DNA from: Escherichia coli
GTDB taxonomy: Bacteria; Pseudomonadota; Gammaproteobacteria; Enterobacterales; Enterobacteriaceae
Assembly (NCBI RefSeq): GCF_003334335.1
Contig: NZ_QOWQ01000015.1
Length of the DNA stretch: 64,000 nt
Reading direction: 5' to 3' (one strand)
Shown: in pieces, positions 11,322 to 21,523 of the stretch
Position numbering within the stretch: position 1 is the first letter of the stretch
How the letters are laid out: every line of letters begins with the position of its first letter
Translations under genes and position numbers: made by a program
Notes under the pieces: model-generated
Seen by the model: only the letters and a program-made list of their open reading frames with translations
What the model was told of the DNA's origin: nothing
Database searches by the model: none

Positions 11322-12695
11322 ATGTCTGTACAGCAAATCGACTGGGATCTGGCCCTGATCCAGAAATATAACTATTCCGGGCCACGATACACCTCGTACC
11401 CGACCGCGCTGGAGTTTTCAGAAGACTTCGGCGAACAGGCGTTTTTACAAGCCGTGGCGCGCTATCCTGAGCGTCCATTATCTCTCTACGTACATATCCC
11501 GTTCTGCCATAAGCTTTGTTACTTCTGCGGTTGCAATAAGATTGTTACTCGCCAGCAGCACAAGGCCGATCAGTATCTGGACGCGCTGGAGCAAGAAATC
11601 GTCCATCGTGCACCGCTGTTCGCCGGGCGTCACGTCAGCCAATTGCACTGGGGCGGCGGAACGCCGACGTATCTGAATAAAGCGCAAATCAGCCGCCTGA
11701 TGAAGCTGCTGCGCGAAAACTTCCAGTTCAATGCCGATGCGGAGATTTCGATCGAAGTCGATCCGCGGGAAATCGAACTGGATGTACTCGATCATTTACG
11801 CGCCGAAGGCTTTAATCGCCTGAGCATGGGCGTGCAGGACTTCAACAAAGAAGTGCAACGTCTGGTTAACCGCGAGCAGGATGAAGAGTTCATCTTTGCA
11901 CTGCTTAACCATGCGCGTGAGATTGGTTTTACCTCCACCAACATCGACCTGATTTACGGCCTGCCGAAACAGACGCCGGAGAGTTTCGCCTTTACCCTGA
12001 AACGTGTGGCGGAGCTGAACCCCGATCGTCTGAGTGTCTTTAACTACGCGCATCTGCCGACCATTTTTGCTGCTCAGCGCAAAATCAAAGATGCTGACCT
12101 GCCGAGTCCGCAGCAAAAACTCGATATCCTGCAGGAAACCATCGCCTTCCTGACGCAATCGGGCTATCAGTTTATCGGTATGGATCACTTTGCCCGTCCG
12201 GATGACGAGCTGGCGGTGGCCCAGCGTGAAGGCGTGCTGCATCGTAACTTCCAGGGCTACACCACTCAGGGCGATACCGATCTGCTGGGGATGGGCGTTT
12301 CCGCCATCAGCATGATTGGCGACTGCTACGCGCAGAACCAGAAAGAGTTGAAGCAGTACTATCAGCAAGTGGATGAACAAGGCAATGCGCTGTGGCGTGG
12401 TATTGCGCTAACGCGTGATGACTGTATTCGCCGCGATGTGATTAAGTCGCTCATCTGCAACTTCCGTCTGGATTACGCCCCTATTGAGAAACAGTGGGAT
12501 TTGCACTTCGCTGATTACTTTGCGGAAGATCTCAAGCTGCTCGCCCCGTTAGCAAAAGATGGGCTGGTGGATGTGGATGAGAAGGGAATACAGGTGACGG
12601 CGAAAGGTCGCTTGCTGATCCGCAACATTTGCATGTGCTTTGATACCTATCTGCGCCAGAAAGCGCGGATGCAGCAGTTCTCTCGGGTGATTTAA
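11322..12695 (+). CDS. hemN: Oxygen-independent coproporphyrinogen III oxidase (radical SAM) HemN
   Basis: ATG at 11322 with AAGGAG Shine-Dalgarno at 11311-11316; radical-SAM CxxxCxxC motif CHKLCYFCGC; 457 aa; recognised by recall. Confidence 0.96.
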   Translation: MSVQQIDWDLALIQKYNYSGPRYTSYPTALEFSEDFGEQAFLQAVARYPERPLSLYVHIPFCHKLCYFCGCNKIVTRQQHKADQYLDALEQEIVHRAPLFAGRHVSQLHWGGGTPTYLNKAQISRLMKLLRENFQFNADAEISIEVDPREIELDVLDHLRAEGFNRLSMGVQDFNKEVQRLVNREQDEEFIFALLNHAREIGFTSTNIDLIYGLPKQTPESFAFTLKRVAELNPDRLSVFNYAHLPTIFAAQRKIKDADLPSPQQKLDILQETIAFLTQSGYQFIGMDHFARPDDELAVAQREGVLHRNFQGYTTQGDTDLLGMGVSAISMIGDCYAQNQKELKQYYQQVDEQGNALWRGIALTRDDCIRRDVIKSLICNFRLDYAPIEKQWDLHFADYFAEDLKLLAPLAKDGLVDVDEKGIQVTAKGRLLIRNICMCFDTYLRQKARMQQFSRVI

Positions 12696-12702
12696 ATAGT
12701 GA

Positions 12703-12741
12703 ATGGCGCTTCGTTTACAAAGTAGAAAACGAAAGCGCCAT
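12703..12741. terminator. Terminator hairpin after hemN
   Basis: Inverted repeat aatggcgcttcgttt ... aaacgaaagcgccat. Confidence 0.6.
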
Positions 12742-12805
12742 CAATGTGCTGAGAACAAGATTGCCTGATGCGCTGGGCAACAAAACCTGTTGAAATTATT
12801 GCTTT

Positions 12806-12890
12806 TGTAGGCCGGATAAGGCGTTTACGCCGCATCAGGCATCTGAGCATGATGCCTGATGCGGCGCTGGTCGCGTCTTATCAGGCCTAC
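12806..12890. repeat. REP/BIME element pair
   Basis: Canonical REP motifs gtaggccggataaggcgtttacgccgcatcaggc and gcctgatgcggcgctggtcgcgtcttatcaggcctac in inverted orientation. Confidence 0.9.
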
Positions 12891-12923
12891 GACTTTCTCC
12901 GCATCCGGCATAAACAACGAGCT

Positions 12924-13034
12924 TCAGCTAAACAGCCCAATCATTGCGGCACACAGCACGGCAGCAACGGCAGTTTGCGGTGTGTGGCTGTCAACTGCGC
13001 CACTCGATACCAGATTAATTATTGATTCCAGCAT
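12924..13034 (-). CDS. yshB: Small hydrophobic protein YshB (36 aa)
   Basis: Manually translated minus-strand ORF MLESIINLVSSGAVDSHTPQTAVAAVLCAAMIGLFS*; below the ORF-track length cutoff; matches the small gene recalled between hemN and glnG. Confidence 0.55.
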   Translation of the reverse strand: MLESIINLVSSGAVDSHTPQTAVAAVLCAAMIGLFS

Positions 13035-13145
13035 AATGACTCTCCCCGTTTTCCGGGCAAGATCATACTGAACTTATCGGAACAGTAAAGCGTAAAATAC
13101 CAGCAATTTGCGCTCAATAATCAATCTTTACACACAAGCTGTGAA

Positions 13146-14555
13146 TCACTCCATCCCCAGCTCTTTTAACTTACGCGTCAGGGTGTTGCGGCCCCAGCCG
13201 AGTAGCCGCGCCGCTTCCTGTTTATGCCCCTGCGTATGTCGCAACGCGGTCGTCAGTAACGTCCGCTCCAGCTCTGGCTGCGCTTCGGAAAGCAGATTTT
13301 GATGACCGGAACGCAGCGCTCTGTCTGCCCACTGCGCAAGAAGCGTCGCCCAGCTGTCCGGTTGCATTTGCGAAGTACTCTCCGCAACCGTTGATTCAAA
13401 CAGTTCGCCGGGCAAATCCTGAATCAACACTTCCTGCCCGGCGGCCATCACCGTTAGCCAGCGGCAGGTGTTTTCCAGCTGGCGCACGTTGCCTGGCCAC
13501 GCCAGACGCGTCAGAGCAGCTTCGGTTTCCGGATGCAGTAACTTCGCTTCTACGCCCAGTTCGCGCGCGGCAACCTGTAAAAAATGGCGCGCCAGACGGG
13601 GAATATCTTCCCGACGTTCGCGCAGCGGCGGCAGATGAACGCGGATAACGTTCAGGCGGTGGAACAGATCCTCACGGAACTTACCTTCCTGCACTCGCTG
13701 TTCGAGATTCTGGTGAGTGGCAGCGATAATCCGCACATCCACTTTCACCGGCGCATAGCCGCCAACGCGGTAAAACTGACCGTCTGCCAGCACGCGCAGC
13801 AAACGCGTCTGCACATCCAGCGGCATATCACCAATTTCGTCGAGGAATAATGTACCGCCATCGGCCTGTTCAAAACGCCCCTGACGAATGGTATTCGCGC
13901 CAGTAAACGCGCCTTTCTCGTGGCCAAACAGTTCTGATTCGATCAAATCTTTTGGGATAGCTGCCATATTCAGCGCGATAAACGGCGCTTTGGCGCGCGG
14001 ACTGTGGCGATGCAGGGCATGAGCGACCAGTTCTTTACCGGTGCCGGATTCGCCGTTAATCAGCACGCTAATAGAAGAACGCGAAAGCCGACCGATAATA
14101 CGGAACACGTCCTGCATGGCTGGCGCTTCGCCGATGATATCGGTCGTTGGGCCGTTAAGCTGAACATTACGCGGCTGCTGCTGTTCCTGGTAATGACTGA
14201 TAGCGCGCTCAACCAGCGCCACTGCTTCGTCGATATCAAACGGTTTGGGCAGATAATCAAACGCCCCTTGTTGATAGGCGCTGACGGCAGCATCCAGATC
14301 GGAATGTGCGGTCATAATGATGACCGGAAGCATTGGATGGCGCTGTTTAATCTGCTTGAGCAGCGCCAGCCCGTCCATTCCCGGCATACGGATATCTGAA
14401 AGCAGCACATCCGGCGTTTTGCTCGCCAGCGCCTCCAGCACTTCTGCGCCGTTCTCAAACGTCGTACAGGTTAAACCTGCCCCAGCGAGCGCACGTTCAA
14501 GCACCCAACGGATGGAACTATCGTCATCGACTACCCAGACTATCCCTCGTTGCAT
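13146..14555 (-). CDS. glnG: Nitrogen regulation protein NR(I), NtrC, sigma-54-dependent response regulator
   Basis: Start placed at ATG 14555 ([12 protein letters not shown]..., 469 aa); receiver domain, AAA+ sigma-54 interaction motifs GESGTGKE and GAFTGA, C-terminal HTH. Confidence 0.96.
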   Translation of the reverse strand: MQRGIVWVVDDDSSIRWVLERALAGAGLTCTTFENGAEVLEALASKTPDVLLSDIRMPGMDGLALLKQIKQRHPMLPVIIMTAHSDLDAAVSAYQQGAFDYLPKPFDIDEAVALVERAISHYQEQQQPRNVQLNGPTTDIIGEAPAMQDVFRIIGRLSRSSISVLINGESGTGKELVAHALHRHSPRAKAPFIALNMAAIPKDLIESELFGHEKGAFTGANTIRQGRFEQADGGTLFLDEIGDMPLDVQTRLLRVLADGQFYRVGGYAPVKVDVRIIAATHQNLEQRVQEGKFREDLFHRLNVIRVHLPPLRERREDIPRLARHFLQVAARELGVEAKLLHPETEAALTRLAWPGNVRQLENTCRWLTVMAAGQEVLIQDLPGELFESTVAESTSQMQPDSWATLLAQWADRALRSGHQNLLSEAQPELERTLLTTALRHTQGHKQEAARLLGWGRNTLTRKLKELGME

Positions 14556-14566
14556 AAACGTCACCT

Positions 14567-15616
14567 TTATTTCCTGATAGGCAGGTAAACCGAGAACTCG
14601 GTATGCCCTGGCCAACTGGTAAATTCAATTTTGCCTGAATGCTGATCAATCAAATTACGAGCGATGGATAAGCCAAGCCCGGTGCCACCTTCGCGGCCGC
14701 TGACCATCGGGTAAAACAGCGTATCCTGCAAATGAGGCGGAATGCCCGGCCCGTTATCTTCCACATCAATCCGCGCCGCCAGCCGGTAGCGCTCGCCGTG
14801 TAAGGTCAGTTGAAACGCGGTGCGGGTACGCAGAATGATTTCACCGCCTTCCGGCCCCAGCGCCTGTAGCGCATTGCGCACAATATTCAGCAAGACCTGT
14901 TCAATTTGATCCGGGTCGTGCGCCAGTTCCGGTAGGCTGGGATCGTAATCACGAATCAACCGCACGTTGTCCGGCAGTTCCATCGACACCAGCGTTACCA
15001 CGCGTTCAGCCACTTTGTGAATACTTTCGGTAACGCGCGTACCGGGCAGCTGCGGCCCCAACAGACGGTCGACCAGATTTCGCAGCCGGTCCGCCTGTTC
15101 GATAATCACTTTGGTATATTCGAGTAGTGATGGGTCAGGTAACGCTTTGCTGAGCAGCTGCGCCGCGCCACGTAAACCGCCAAGCGGATTTTTAATCTCA
15201 TGTGCCAGGCCGCGCACTAAATCACGGGCAGCAACCTGCTGGGCGTGCTGTAGCTGTTCCTGACTTAAGCGGCGCTGGTTATCCATCGGAGCCATCTCCA
15301 GCAGGATCATGCCGTCCGGCATACGCTGGGCCGTCACAGAAAGGATATGCGAGCGCCCGTCGATGACCAGCGTCACTTCGTTATCGGTAAAACCTTGCCC
15401 CGCCTCCAGACTTTCTTGCATCAGCTCGATATTTAATGAGAAGTAGCTCAACAGTTCCGGTAACGGTGTACCAAACAATTTGCGGGAGCTTTGGGCGAGC
15501 AGTTGTTGCGCGGCAGGGTTGGCGTAATGGATCGCCAGGTTGTCATCGATTAACAAAATACTGTTAATCAGCGAGTTGAGGATCTGCCCAGCATCGGGCT
15601 GCGTGCCTGTTGCCAT
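14567..15616 (-). CDS. glnL: Nitrogen regulation sensor histidine kinase NR(II), NtrB
   Basis: 349-aa ORF; H-box HEIKNPL, G-box GTGLGL; recognised by recall. Confidence 0.96.
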
Positions 15617-15769
15617 AAAGCAGTCTCCTGAACAGGTTGCACCATTTTAGTGCATTATAGCTTTTTACGGATAAAAAGCGCGAAGCATCAGAGAATTGAC
15701 GGAGAAAAAAGCCCATGCAGAGATGGGCTACAGATAGCTGACAAACTTCACGTTGGAGAGCGACTCACC

Positions 15770-15835
15770 TGCTCCGGCCTACCACATCATCACCGTGTAG
15801 GCCGGATAAGACGCATTTGCGTCGCATCCGGCGTG
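15770..15835. repeat. REP/BIME element(s) in glnL-glnA intergenic region
   Basis: REP motif gtaggccggataagacgcatttgcgtcgcatccggc. Confidence 0.85.
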
Positions 15836-15901
15836 ATGTGCTTGCCACCGATCCCAGGCCTGCCAGAGACAGGCGAAAAGTTTCCACGGCAACTAAAACA
15901 C

Positions 15902-17311
15902 TTAGACGCTGTAGTACAGCTCAAACTCTACCGGATGCGGAGTCATACGCACGCGGTCATCTTCTTCGCGACGCAGAGCGATGTACGCATCAATTGCTTC
16001 GTCAGTGAACACGCCACCGGCTTTCAGGAACTCGCGGTCCAGATCCAGTTCGTTCAGTGCTTCTTCCAGAGAGCCTGCAACCTGTGGGATCTCTTTCGCT
16101 TCTTCTGGCGGCAGGTCATACAGGTTTTTGTCCATGGCTTCGCCCGGATGGATCTTGTTCTTGATACCATCAAGACCGGCCATCAGCAGGGCAGCAAAGC
16201 ACAGGTACGGGTTAGCTGCCGGATCCGGGAAACGTACTTCGATACGACGTGCTTTCGGAGAAGAAACCACCGGAATACGGATAGACGCAGAACGGTTACG
16301 CGCAGAGTAAGCCAGCATTACCGGTGCTTCATAGCCCGGGACCAGACGCTTATAAGAGTTGGTGGTCGGGTTTGCCAGGGCGTTAATCGCTTTAGCGTGT
16401 TTGATTACGCCGCCAATGTAGTACAGCGCCTGCTCAGACAGACCTGCGTATTTGTCGCCTGCGAACAGGTTAACGCCGTTTTTAGACAGAGACATGTGGC
16501 AGTGCATACCGGAGCCGTTATCACCGAACATCGGTTTTGGCATAAAGGTCGCGGTTTTACCGAAGCGGTGCGCTACGTTGTGCACAACATATTTGTAGAT
16601 CTGAATTTCGTCAGCTTTTTTGGTCATGGTATTGAAGCGGGTAGCCACTTCGTTCTGACCAGCAGTCGCTACTTCGTGGTGATGGGCTTCAACCACCAGA
16701 CCCATCTGTTCCATCACCAGACACATTTCAGAACGAATATCCTGAGCCGAGTCTACCGGTGGAACCGGGAAGTAACCGCCTTTCACTGCCGGACGGTGAC
16801 CTTTGTTACCACCTTCGTATTGGGTGGAGGAGTTCCATGCGCCTTCGATATCGTCGATAGCAACGTGGGAACCGGAGATAGATGATCCGAAACGGATGTC
16901 ATCGAACAGGAAGAATTCAGGTTCTGGCCCGAACAGTACGGTGTCGGCAATGCCAGTGGAACGCAGGTAATCTTCGGCGCGCTTCGCAATGGAGCGCGGG
17001 TCACGGTCATAGCCTTGCAGGGTGCCAGGTTCAAGGATGTCGCAACGGATAATCAGGGTGGAGTCGGCGAAGAACGGGTCAATCACTGCGGTGGATGCGT
17101 CTGGCATCAGCACCATGTCGGACTCGTTAATGCCTTTCCAGCCGCCAATCGAGGAGCCGTCAAACATTTTGCCTTCTTCGAAGAATTCAGCATTCACCTG
17201 ATGAGCAGGGATAGTGACGTGCTGTTCTTTACCTTTAGTATCGGTGAAGCGCAAATCAACAAACTTCACTTCGTGCTCGTTCAGCATCGTCAGTACGTGT
17301 TCAGCGGACAT
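15902..17311 (-). CDS. glnA: Glutamine synthetase
   Basis: 469-aa ORF; recognised by recall ([24 protein letters not shown]...); adenylylation-site region NLYDLPPEE present. Confidence 0.98.
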
Positions 17312-17390
17312 ACTTTAACTCTCCTGGATTGGTCATGGTCGTCGTGGTAACGAAATCTGCAATTATTTTGGCCGTGTCGCCGTAAAAAAG

Positions 17391-17411
17391 ATAAAGCGAA
17401 ATCTGTGCCAA
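17391..17411 (-). promoter_or_regulatory. glnAp2 sigma-54 promoter (-24/-12 elements)
   Basis: Reverse complement reads TTGGCACAGATTTCGCTTTAT, fitting the TGGCAC-N5-TTGCW consensus and matching glnAp2 from recall. Confidence 0.85.
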
Positions 17412-17443
17412 CTTTTAAATTGCCCCTAAAAGGCGTTATCATG

Positions 17444-17532
17444 CGCACCATCGTGCAAAAGGGCTGCACCACGATGTGAATGTTGCACCAATATAGTGCT
17501 TCAATGGAAACATTAAGCACCATGTTGGTGCA
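17444..17532 (-). promoter_or_regulatory. NtrC (NR-I) enhancer binding sites upstream of glnAp2
   Basis: Palindromes GCACCATGTTGGTGCA (17517-17532), TGCACCAATATAGTGCT (17484-17500) and GCACCATCGTGC (17444-17455), centred about -140, -108 and lower relative to the sigma-54 promoter. Confidence 0.75.
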
Positions 17533-17683
17533 ATGACCTTTGGATAACCCTTTTTATGCTCCGTGAAAGCGATCACAAAGGGACTCTGCAATACTTGTTT
17601 GCGGAGGATGTTTGTGATCCTGTTTTGTAGTGCGATTAATCCGTGTACAATAACGCGCTATTTCTAATGCCTGAGGCAAAGTT

Positions 17684-19507
17684 GTGATCGAAAAATTGCG
17701 TAATATCGCCATCATCGCGCACGTAGACCATGGTAAAACCACCCTGGTAGACAAGCTGCTCCAACAATCCGGTACGTTCGACTCTCGTGCCGAAACCCAA
17801 GAGCGCGTGATGGACTCCAACGATTTGGAGAAAGAGCGTGGGATTACCATCCTCGCGAAAAACACCGCTATCAAATGGAATGATTACCGTATCAACATCG
17901 TTGATACCCCGGGGCACGCCGACTTCGGTGGTGAAGTTGAACGTGTAATGTCCATGGTAGACTCAGTGCTGCTGGTGGTTGACGCATTTGACGGCCCGAT
18001 GCCGCAAACGCGCTTCGTAACCAAAAAAGCGTTTGCTTACGGCCTGAAGCCGATTGTTGTTATCAACAAAGTTGACCGCCCTGGCGCGCGTCCTGATTGG
18101 GTTGTGGATCAGGTATTCGATCTGTTCGTTAACCTCGACGCGACCGACGAGCAGCTGGACTTCCCGATCGTTTACGCTTCTGCGCTGAACGGTATCGCGG
18201 GTCTGGACCACGAAGATATGGCGGAAGACATGACCCCGCTGTACCAGGCGATTGTTGACCACGTTCCTGCGCCGGACGTTGACCTTGACGGTCCGTTCCA
18301 GATGCAGATTTCTCAGCTCGATTACAACAGCTATGTTGGCGTTATCGGCATTGGCCGCATCAAGCGCGGTAAAGTGAAGCCGAACCAGCAGGTCACTATC
18401 ATCGATAGCGAAGGCAAAACCCGCAACGCGAAAGTCGGTAAAGTGCTGGGCCACCTCGGTCTGGAACGTATCGAAACCGATCTGGCGGAAGCTGGCGATA
18501 TCGTTGCGATCACGGGCCTTGGCGAACTGAACATTTCTGACACCGTTTGCGACACGCAAAACGTTGAAGCGCTGCCGGCACTCTCCGTTGATGAGCCGAC
18601 CGTTTCTATGTTCTTCTGCGTTAACACCTCGCCGTTCTGCGGTAAAGAAGGTAAGTTCGTAACGTCTCGTCAGATCCTGGATCGTCTGAACAAAGAACTG
18701 GTACACAACGTTGCGCTGCGCGTAGAAGAAACCGAAGACGCCGATGCGTTCCGCGTTTCTGGTCGTGGCGAACTGCACCTGTCTGTTCTGATCGAAAACA
18801 TGCGTCGTGAAGGTTTCGAACTGGCGGTATCCCGTCCGAAAGTTATCTTCCGTGAAATCGACGGTCGTAAACAAGAGCCGTATGAAAACGTGACTCTGGA
18901 CGTTGAAGAACAGCATCAGGGTTCTGTAATGCAGGCGCTGGGCGAACGTAAAGGCGACCTGAAAAACATGAATCCAGACGGTAAAGGCCGCGTACGTCTC
19001 GACTACGTGATCCCAAGCCGTGGTCTGATTGGCTTCCGTTCTGAGTTCATGACCATGACTTCCGGTACTGGTCTGCTGTACTCCACCTTCAGCCACTACG
19101 ACGACGTACGTCCGGGTGAAGTGGGTCAGCGTCAGAACGGCGTACTGATCTCTAACGGTCAGGGTAAAGCGGTCGCGTTCGCGCTGTTCGGTCTGCAGGA
19201 TCGCGGTAAGCTGTTCCTCGGTCACGGTGCAGAAGTTTACGAAGGTCAGATTATCGGTATTCATAGCCGCTCTAACGACCTGACTGTAAACTGCCTGACC
19301 GGTAAGAAACTGACCAACATGCGTGCTTCCGGTACTGACGAAGCCGTTGTTCTGGTTCCGCCTATCCGCATGACTCTGGAACAAGCTCTGGAGTTCATCG
19401 ATGATGACGAACTGGTAGAAGTGACTCCGACCTCTATCCGTATTCGTAAACGTCACCTGACGGAAAACGATCGTCGCCGCGCCAACCGCGCACCGAAAGA
19501 CGATTAA
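17684..19507 (+). CDS. typA: Ribosome-dependent translational GTPase TypA/BipA
   Basis: 607-aa ORF with GTG start at 17684 and GAGG Shine-Dalgarno at 17672-17675; G motifs [18 protein letters not shown]; recognised by recall. Confidence 0.95.
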   Translation: MIEKLRNIAIIAHVDHGKTTLVDKLLQQSGTFDSRAETQERVMDSNDLEKERGITILAKNTAIKWNDYRINIVDTPGHADFGGEVERVMSMVDSVLLVVDAFDGPMPQTRFVTKKAFAYGLKPIVVINKVDRPGARPDWVVDQVFDLFVNLDATDEQLDFPIVYASALNGIAGLDHEDMAEDMTPLYQAIVDHVPAPDVDLDGPFQMQISQLDYNSYVGVIGIGRIKRGKVKPNQQVTIIDSEGKTRNAKVGKVLGHLGLERIETDLAEAGDIVAITGLGELNISDTVCDTQNVEALPALSVDEPTVSMFFCVNTSPFCGKEGKFVTSRQILDRLNKELVHNVALRVEETEDADAFRVSGRGELHLSVLIENMRREGFELAVSRPKVIFREIDGRKQEPYENVTLDVEEQHQGSVMQALGERKGDLKNMNPDGKGRVRLDYVIPSRGLIGFRSEFMTMTSGTGLLYSTFSHYDDVRPGEVGQRQNGVLISNGQGKAVAFALFGLQDRGKLFLGHGAEVYEGQIIGIHSRSNDLTVNCLTGKKLTNMRASGTDEAVVLVPPIRMTLEQALEFIDDDELVEVTPTSIRIRKRHLTENDRRRANRAPKDD

Positions 19508-19524
19508 TTTCGTTTTTTAGTCAT

Positions 19525-19557
19525 AAAAAACCTGCCAGCGATGGCAGGTTTTTTTTT
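19525..19557 (+). terminator. Rho-independent terminator after typA
   Basis: Hairpin cctgccagcgatggcagg flanked by A-run and followed by T9. Confidence 0.85.
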
Positions 19558-19723
19558 GCCTGTCGTGAGCGCACACCAATGCGAGTATCTCCCTTATAAG
19601 TCTGTGGTTACGTCAATAGAGAGCTTTGTCACAATTATCTGCAAAGTCATACGCCGTTAATTGCTTTCTTTTTTGGCGTAAGCGTAAGATGCTTCATCTG
19701 GTTTAAACCAAAAGGATTAAACA

Positions 19724-20434
19724 ATGGCGGAGAATCAATCCACCGTAGAAAATGCAAAAGAGAAACTGGATCGGTGGTTGAAAGATGGCATCACCACGCC
19801 GGGTGGAAAACTCCCTTCAGAAAGAGAGCTGGGAGAACTGCTGGGCATTAAACGTATGACGCTGCGCCAGGCGTTGTTGAACCTCGAGGCAGAATCCAAA
19901 ATCTTCCGTAAGGATCGTAAGGGGTGGTTCGTGACCCAGCCGCGATTTAATTACAGTCCGGAGCTGTCGGCGAGCTTTCAGCGGGCCGCAATTGAGCAAG
20001 GGCGAGAGCCTTCCTGGGGGTTTACCGAGAAAAACCGTACCAGCGATATTCCCGAGACGCTCGCGCCACTGATTGCAGTGACGCCATCAACTGAACTCTA
20101 TCGCATCACCGGCTGGGGGGCGCTGGAAGGACATAAAGTTTTCTATCACGAAACATATATTAATCCTGAAGTTGCTCCGGGCTTTATTGAACAACTTGAA
20201 AACCACTCATTTTCTGCAGTCTGGGAAAAGTGCTACCAAAAAGAGACGGTAGTAAAAAAATTGATTTTCAAACCCGTCAGAATGCCGGGCGATATCAGCA
20301 AGTATCTTGGCGGTTCTGCGGGTATGCCAGCGATCTTAATTGAAAAGCATCGCGCCGACCAGCAAGGCAATATTGTCCAAATAGATATTGAATATTGGCG
20401 ATTTGAGGCCGTAGACCTCATCATTAATCTGTAG
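19724..20434 (+). CDS. yihL: GntR-family transcriptional regulator YihL
   Basis: 236-aa ORF; N-terminal winged-HTH region (LPSERELGELLGIKRMTLRQAL); recognised by recall. Confidence 0.88.
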   Translation: MAENQSTVENAKEKLDRWLKDGITTPGGKLPSERELGELLGIKRMTLRQALLNLEAESKIFRKDRKGWFVTQPRFNYSPELSASFQRAAIEQGREPSWGFTEKNRTSDIPETLAPLIAVTPSTELYRITGWGALEGHKVFYHETYINPEVAPGFIEQLENHSFSAVWEKCYQKETVVKKLIFKPVRMPGDISKYLGGSAGMPAILIEKHRADQQGNIVQIDIEYWRFEAVDLIINL

Positions 20435-20441
20435 GTGTTTT

Positions 20442-21422
20442 ATGGTGACAATAAATAACGCAAGAAAGATTCTACAACGTGTCGACACTCTTCCTCTTTA
20501 TTTACATGCTTATGCCTTTCATTTAAATATGCGGCTGGAAAGAGTGTTGCCTGCTGATTTACTTGATATCGCAAGTGAAAATAATCTACGTGGCGTCAAA
20601 ATCCATGTTCTCGATGGCGAGCGTTTTTCTCTTGGTAATATGGACGATAAAGAACTCTCTGCCTTTGGGGATAAAGCCCGCCGTCTGAACCTTGATATTC
20701 ATATTGAAACCAGCGCCTCAGATAAGGCATCTATTGACGAAGCCGTCGCCATCGCGTTGAAAACTGGGGCATCGTCCGTACGTTTTTATCCACGTTATGA
20801 AGGTAATTTGCGCGACGTATTATCGATTATCGCTAACGACATTGCCTATGTACGGGAAACGTATCAGGACAGCGGCCTGACTTTTACGATCGAGCAGCAT
20901 GAAGATTTAAAAAGTCATGAGCTGGTGTCGCTGGTCAAAGAAAGTGAGATGGAATCTCTTTCCTTACTGTTTGATTTTGCGAACATGATCAATGCAAATG
21001 AGCATCCCATCGACGCTTTAAAAACGATGGCACCGCATATTACCCAGGTCCATATCAAAGATGCCTTGATCGTTAAAGAACCGGGTGGCCTGGGTCATAA
21101 AGCCTGTATTTCAGGTCAGGGTGATATGCCGTTCAAAGCGTTATTAACGCACCTTATCTGCCTGGGTGATGATGAGCCGCAGGTGACGGCATATGGCCTG
21201 GAAGAAGAGGTTGATTACTATGCACCGGCGTTCCGCTTTGAAGACGAAGATGATAATCCGTGGATCCCTTATCGCCAGATGAGTGAAACACCATTGCCAG
21301 AAAATCATTTACTGGATGCGCGGTTACGTAAAGAAAAAGAAGATGCAATTAATCAGATAAATCATGTGCGTAACGTACTACAACAAATCAAACAAGAGGC
21401 AAACCATCTTCTGAACCACTAA
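20442..21422 (+). CDS. yihM: Putative sugar-phosphate isomerase/epimerase (xylose isomerase-like TIM barrel) YihM
   Basis: 326-aa ORF 8 bp after yihL, likely co-transcribed; identified by recall; function uncharacterised. Confidence 0.85.
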   Translation: MVTINNARKILQRVDTLPLYLHAYAFHLNMRLERVLPADLLDIASENNLRGVKIHVLDGERFSLGNMDDKELSAFGDKARRLNLDIHIETSASDKASIDEAVAIALKTGASSVRFYPRYEGNLRDVLSIIANDIAYVRETYQDSGLTFTIEQHEDLKSHELVSLVKESEMESLSLLFDFANMINANEHPIDALKTMAPHITQVHIKDALIVKEPGGLGHKACISGQGDMPFKALLTHLICLGDDEPQVTAYGLEEEVDYYAPAFRFEDEDDNPWIPYRQMSETPLPENHLLDARLRKEKEDAINQINHVRNVLQQIKQEANHLLNH

Positions 21423-21523
21423 TAAGTTTTAACTCATACGCAGTTAATAAAACCATTCCATATGAATGGTCGGTATCTTATTGCCTTTAAAACAGTGATT
21501 TTAAAAATCGCTTAGGGGATGTT

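Noticed and set aside
15650-16885. 411-aa + strand ORF
   Set aside because: Lies entirely antisense to glnA; Cys/Arg/His-rich low-complexity translation typical of a shadow ORF opposite a highly expressed gene.
17963-19456. 497-aa minus-strand ORF
   Set aside because: Antisense shadow of typA; no ribosome-binding site and an implausible composition.
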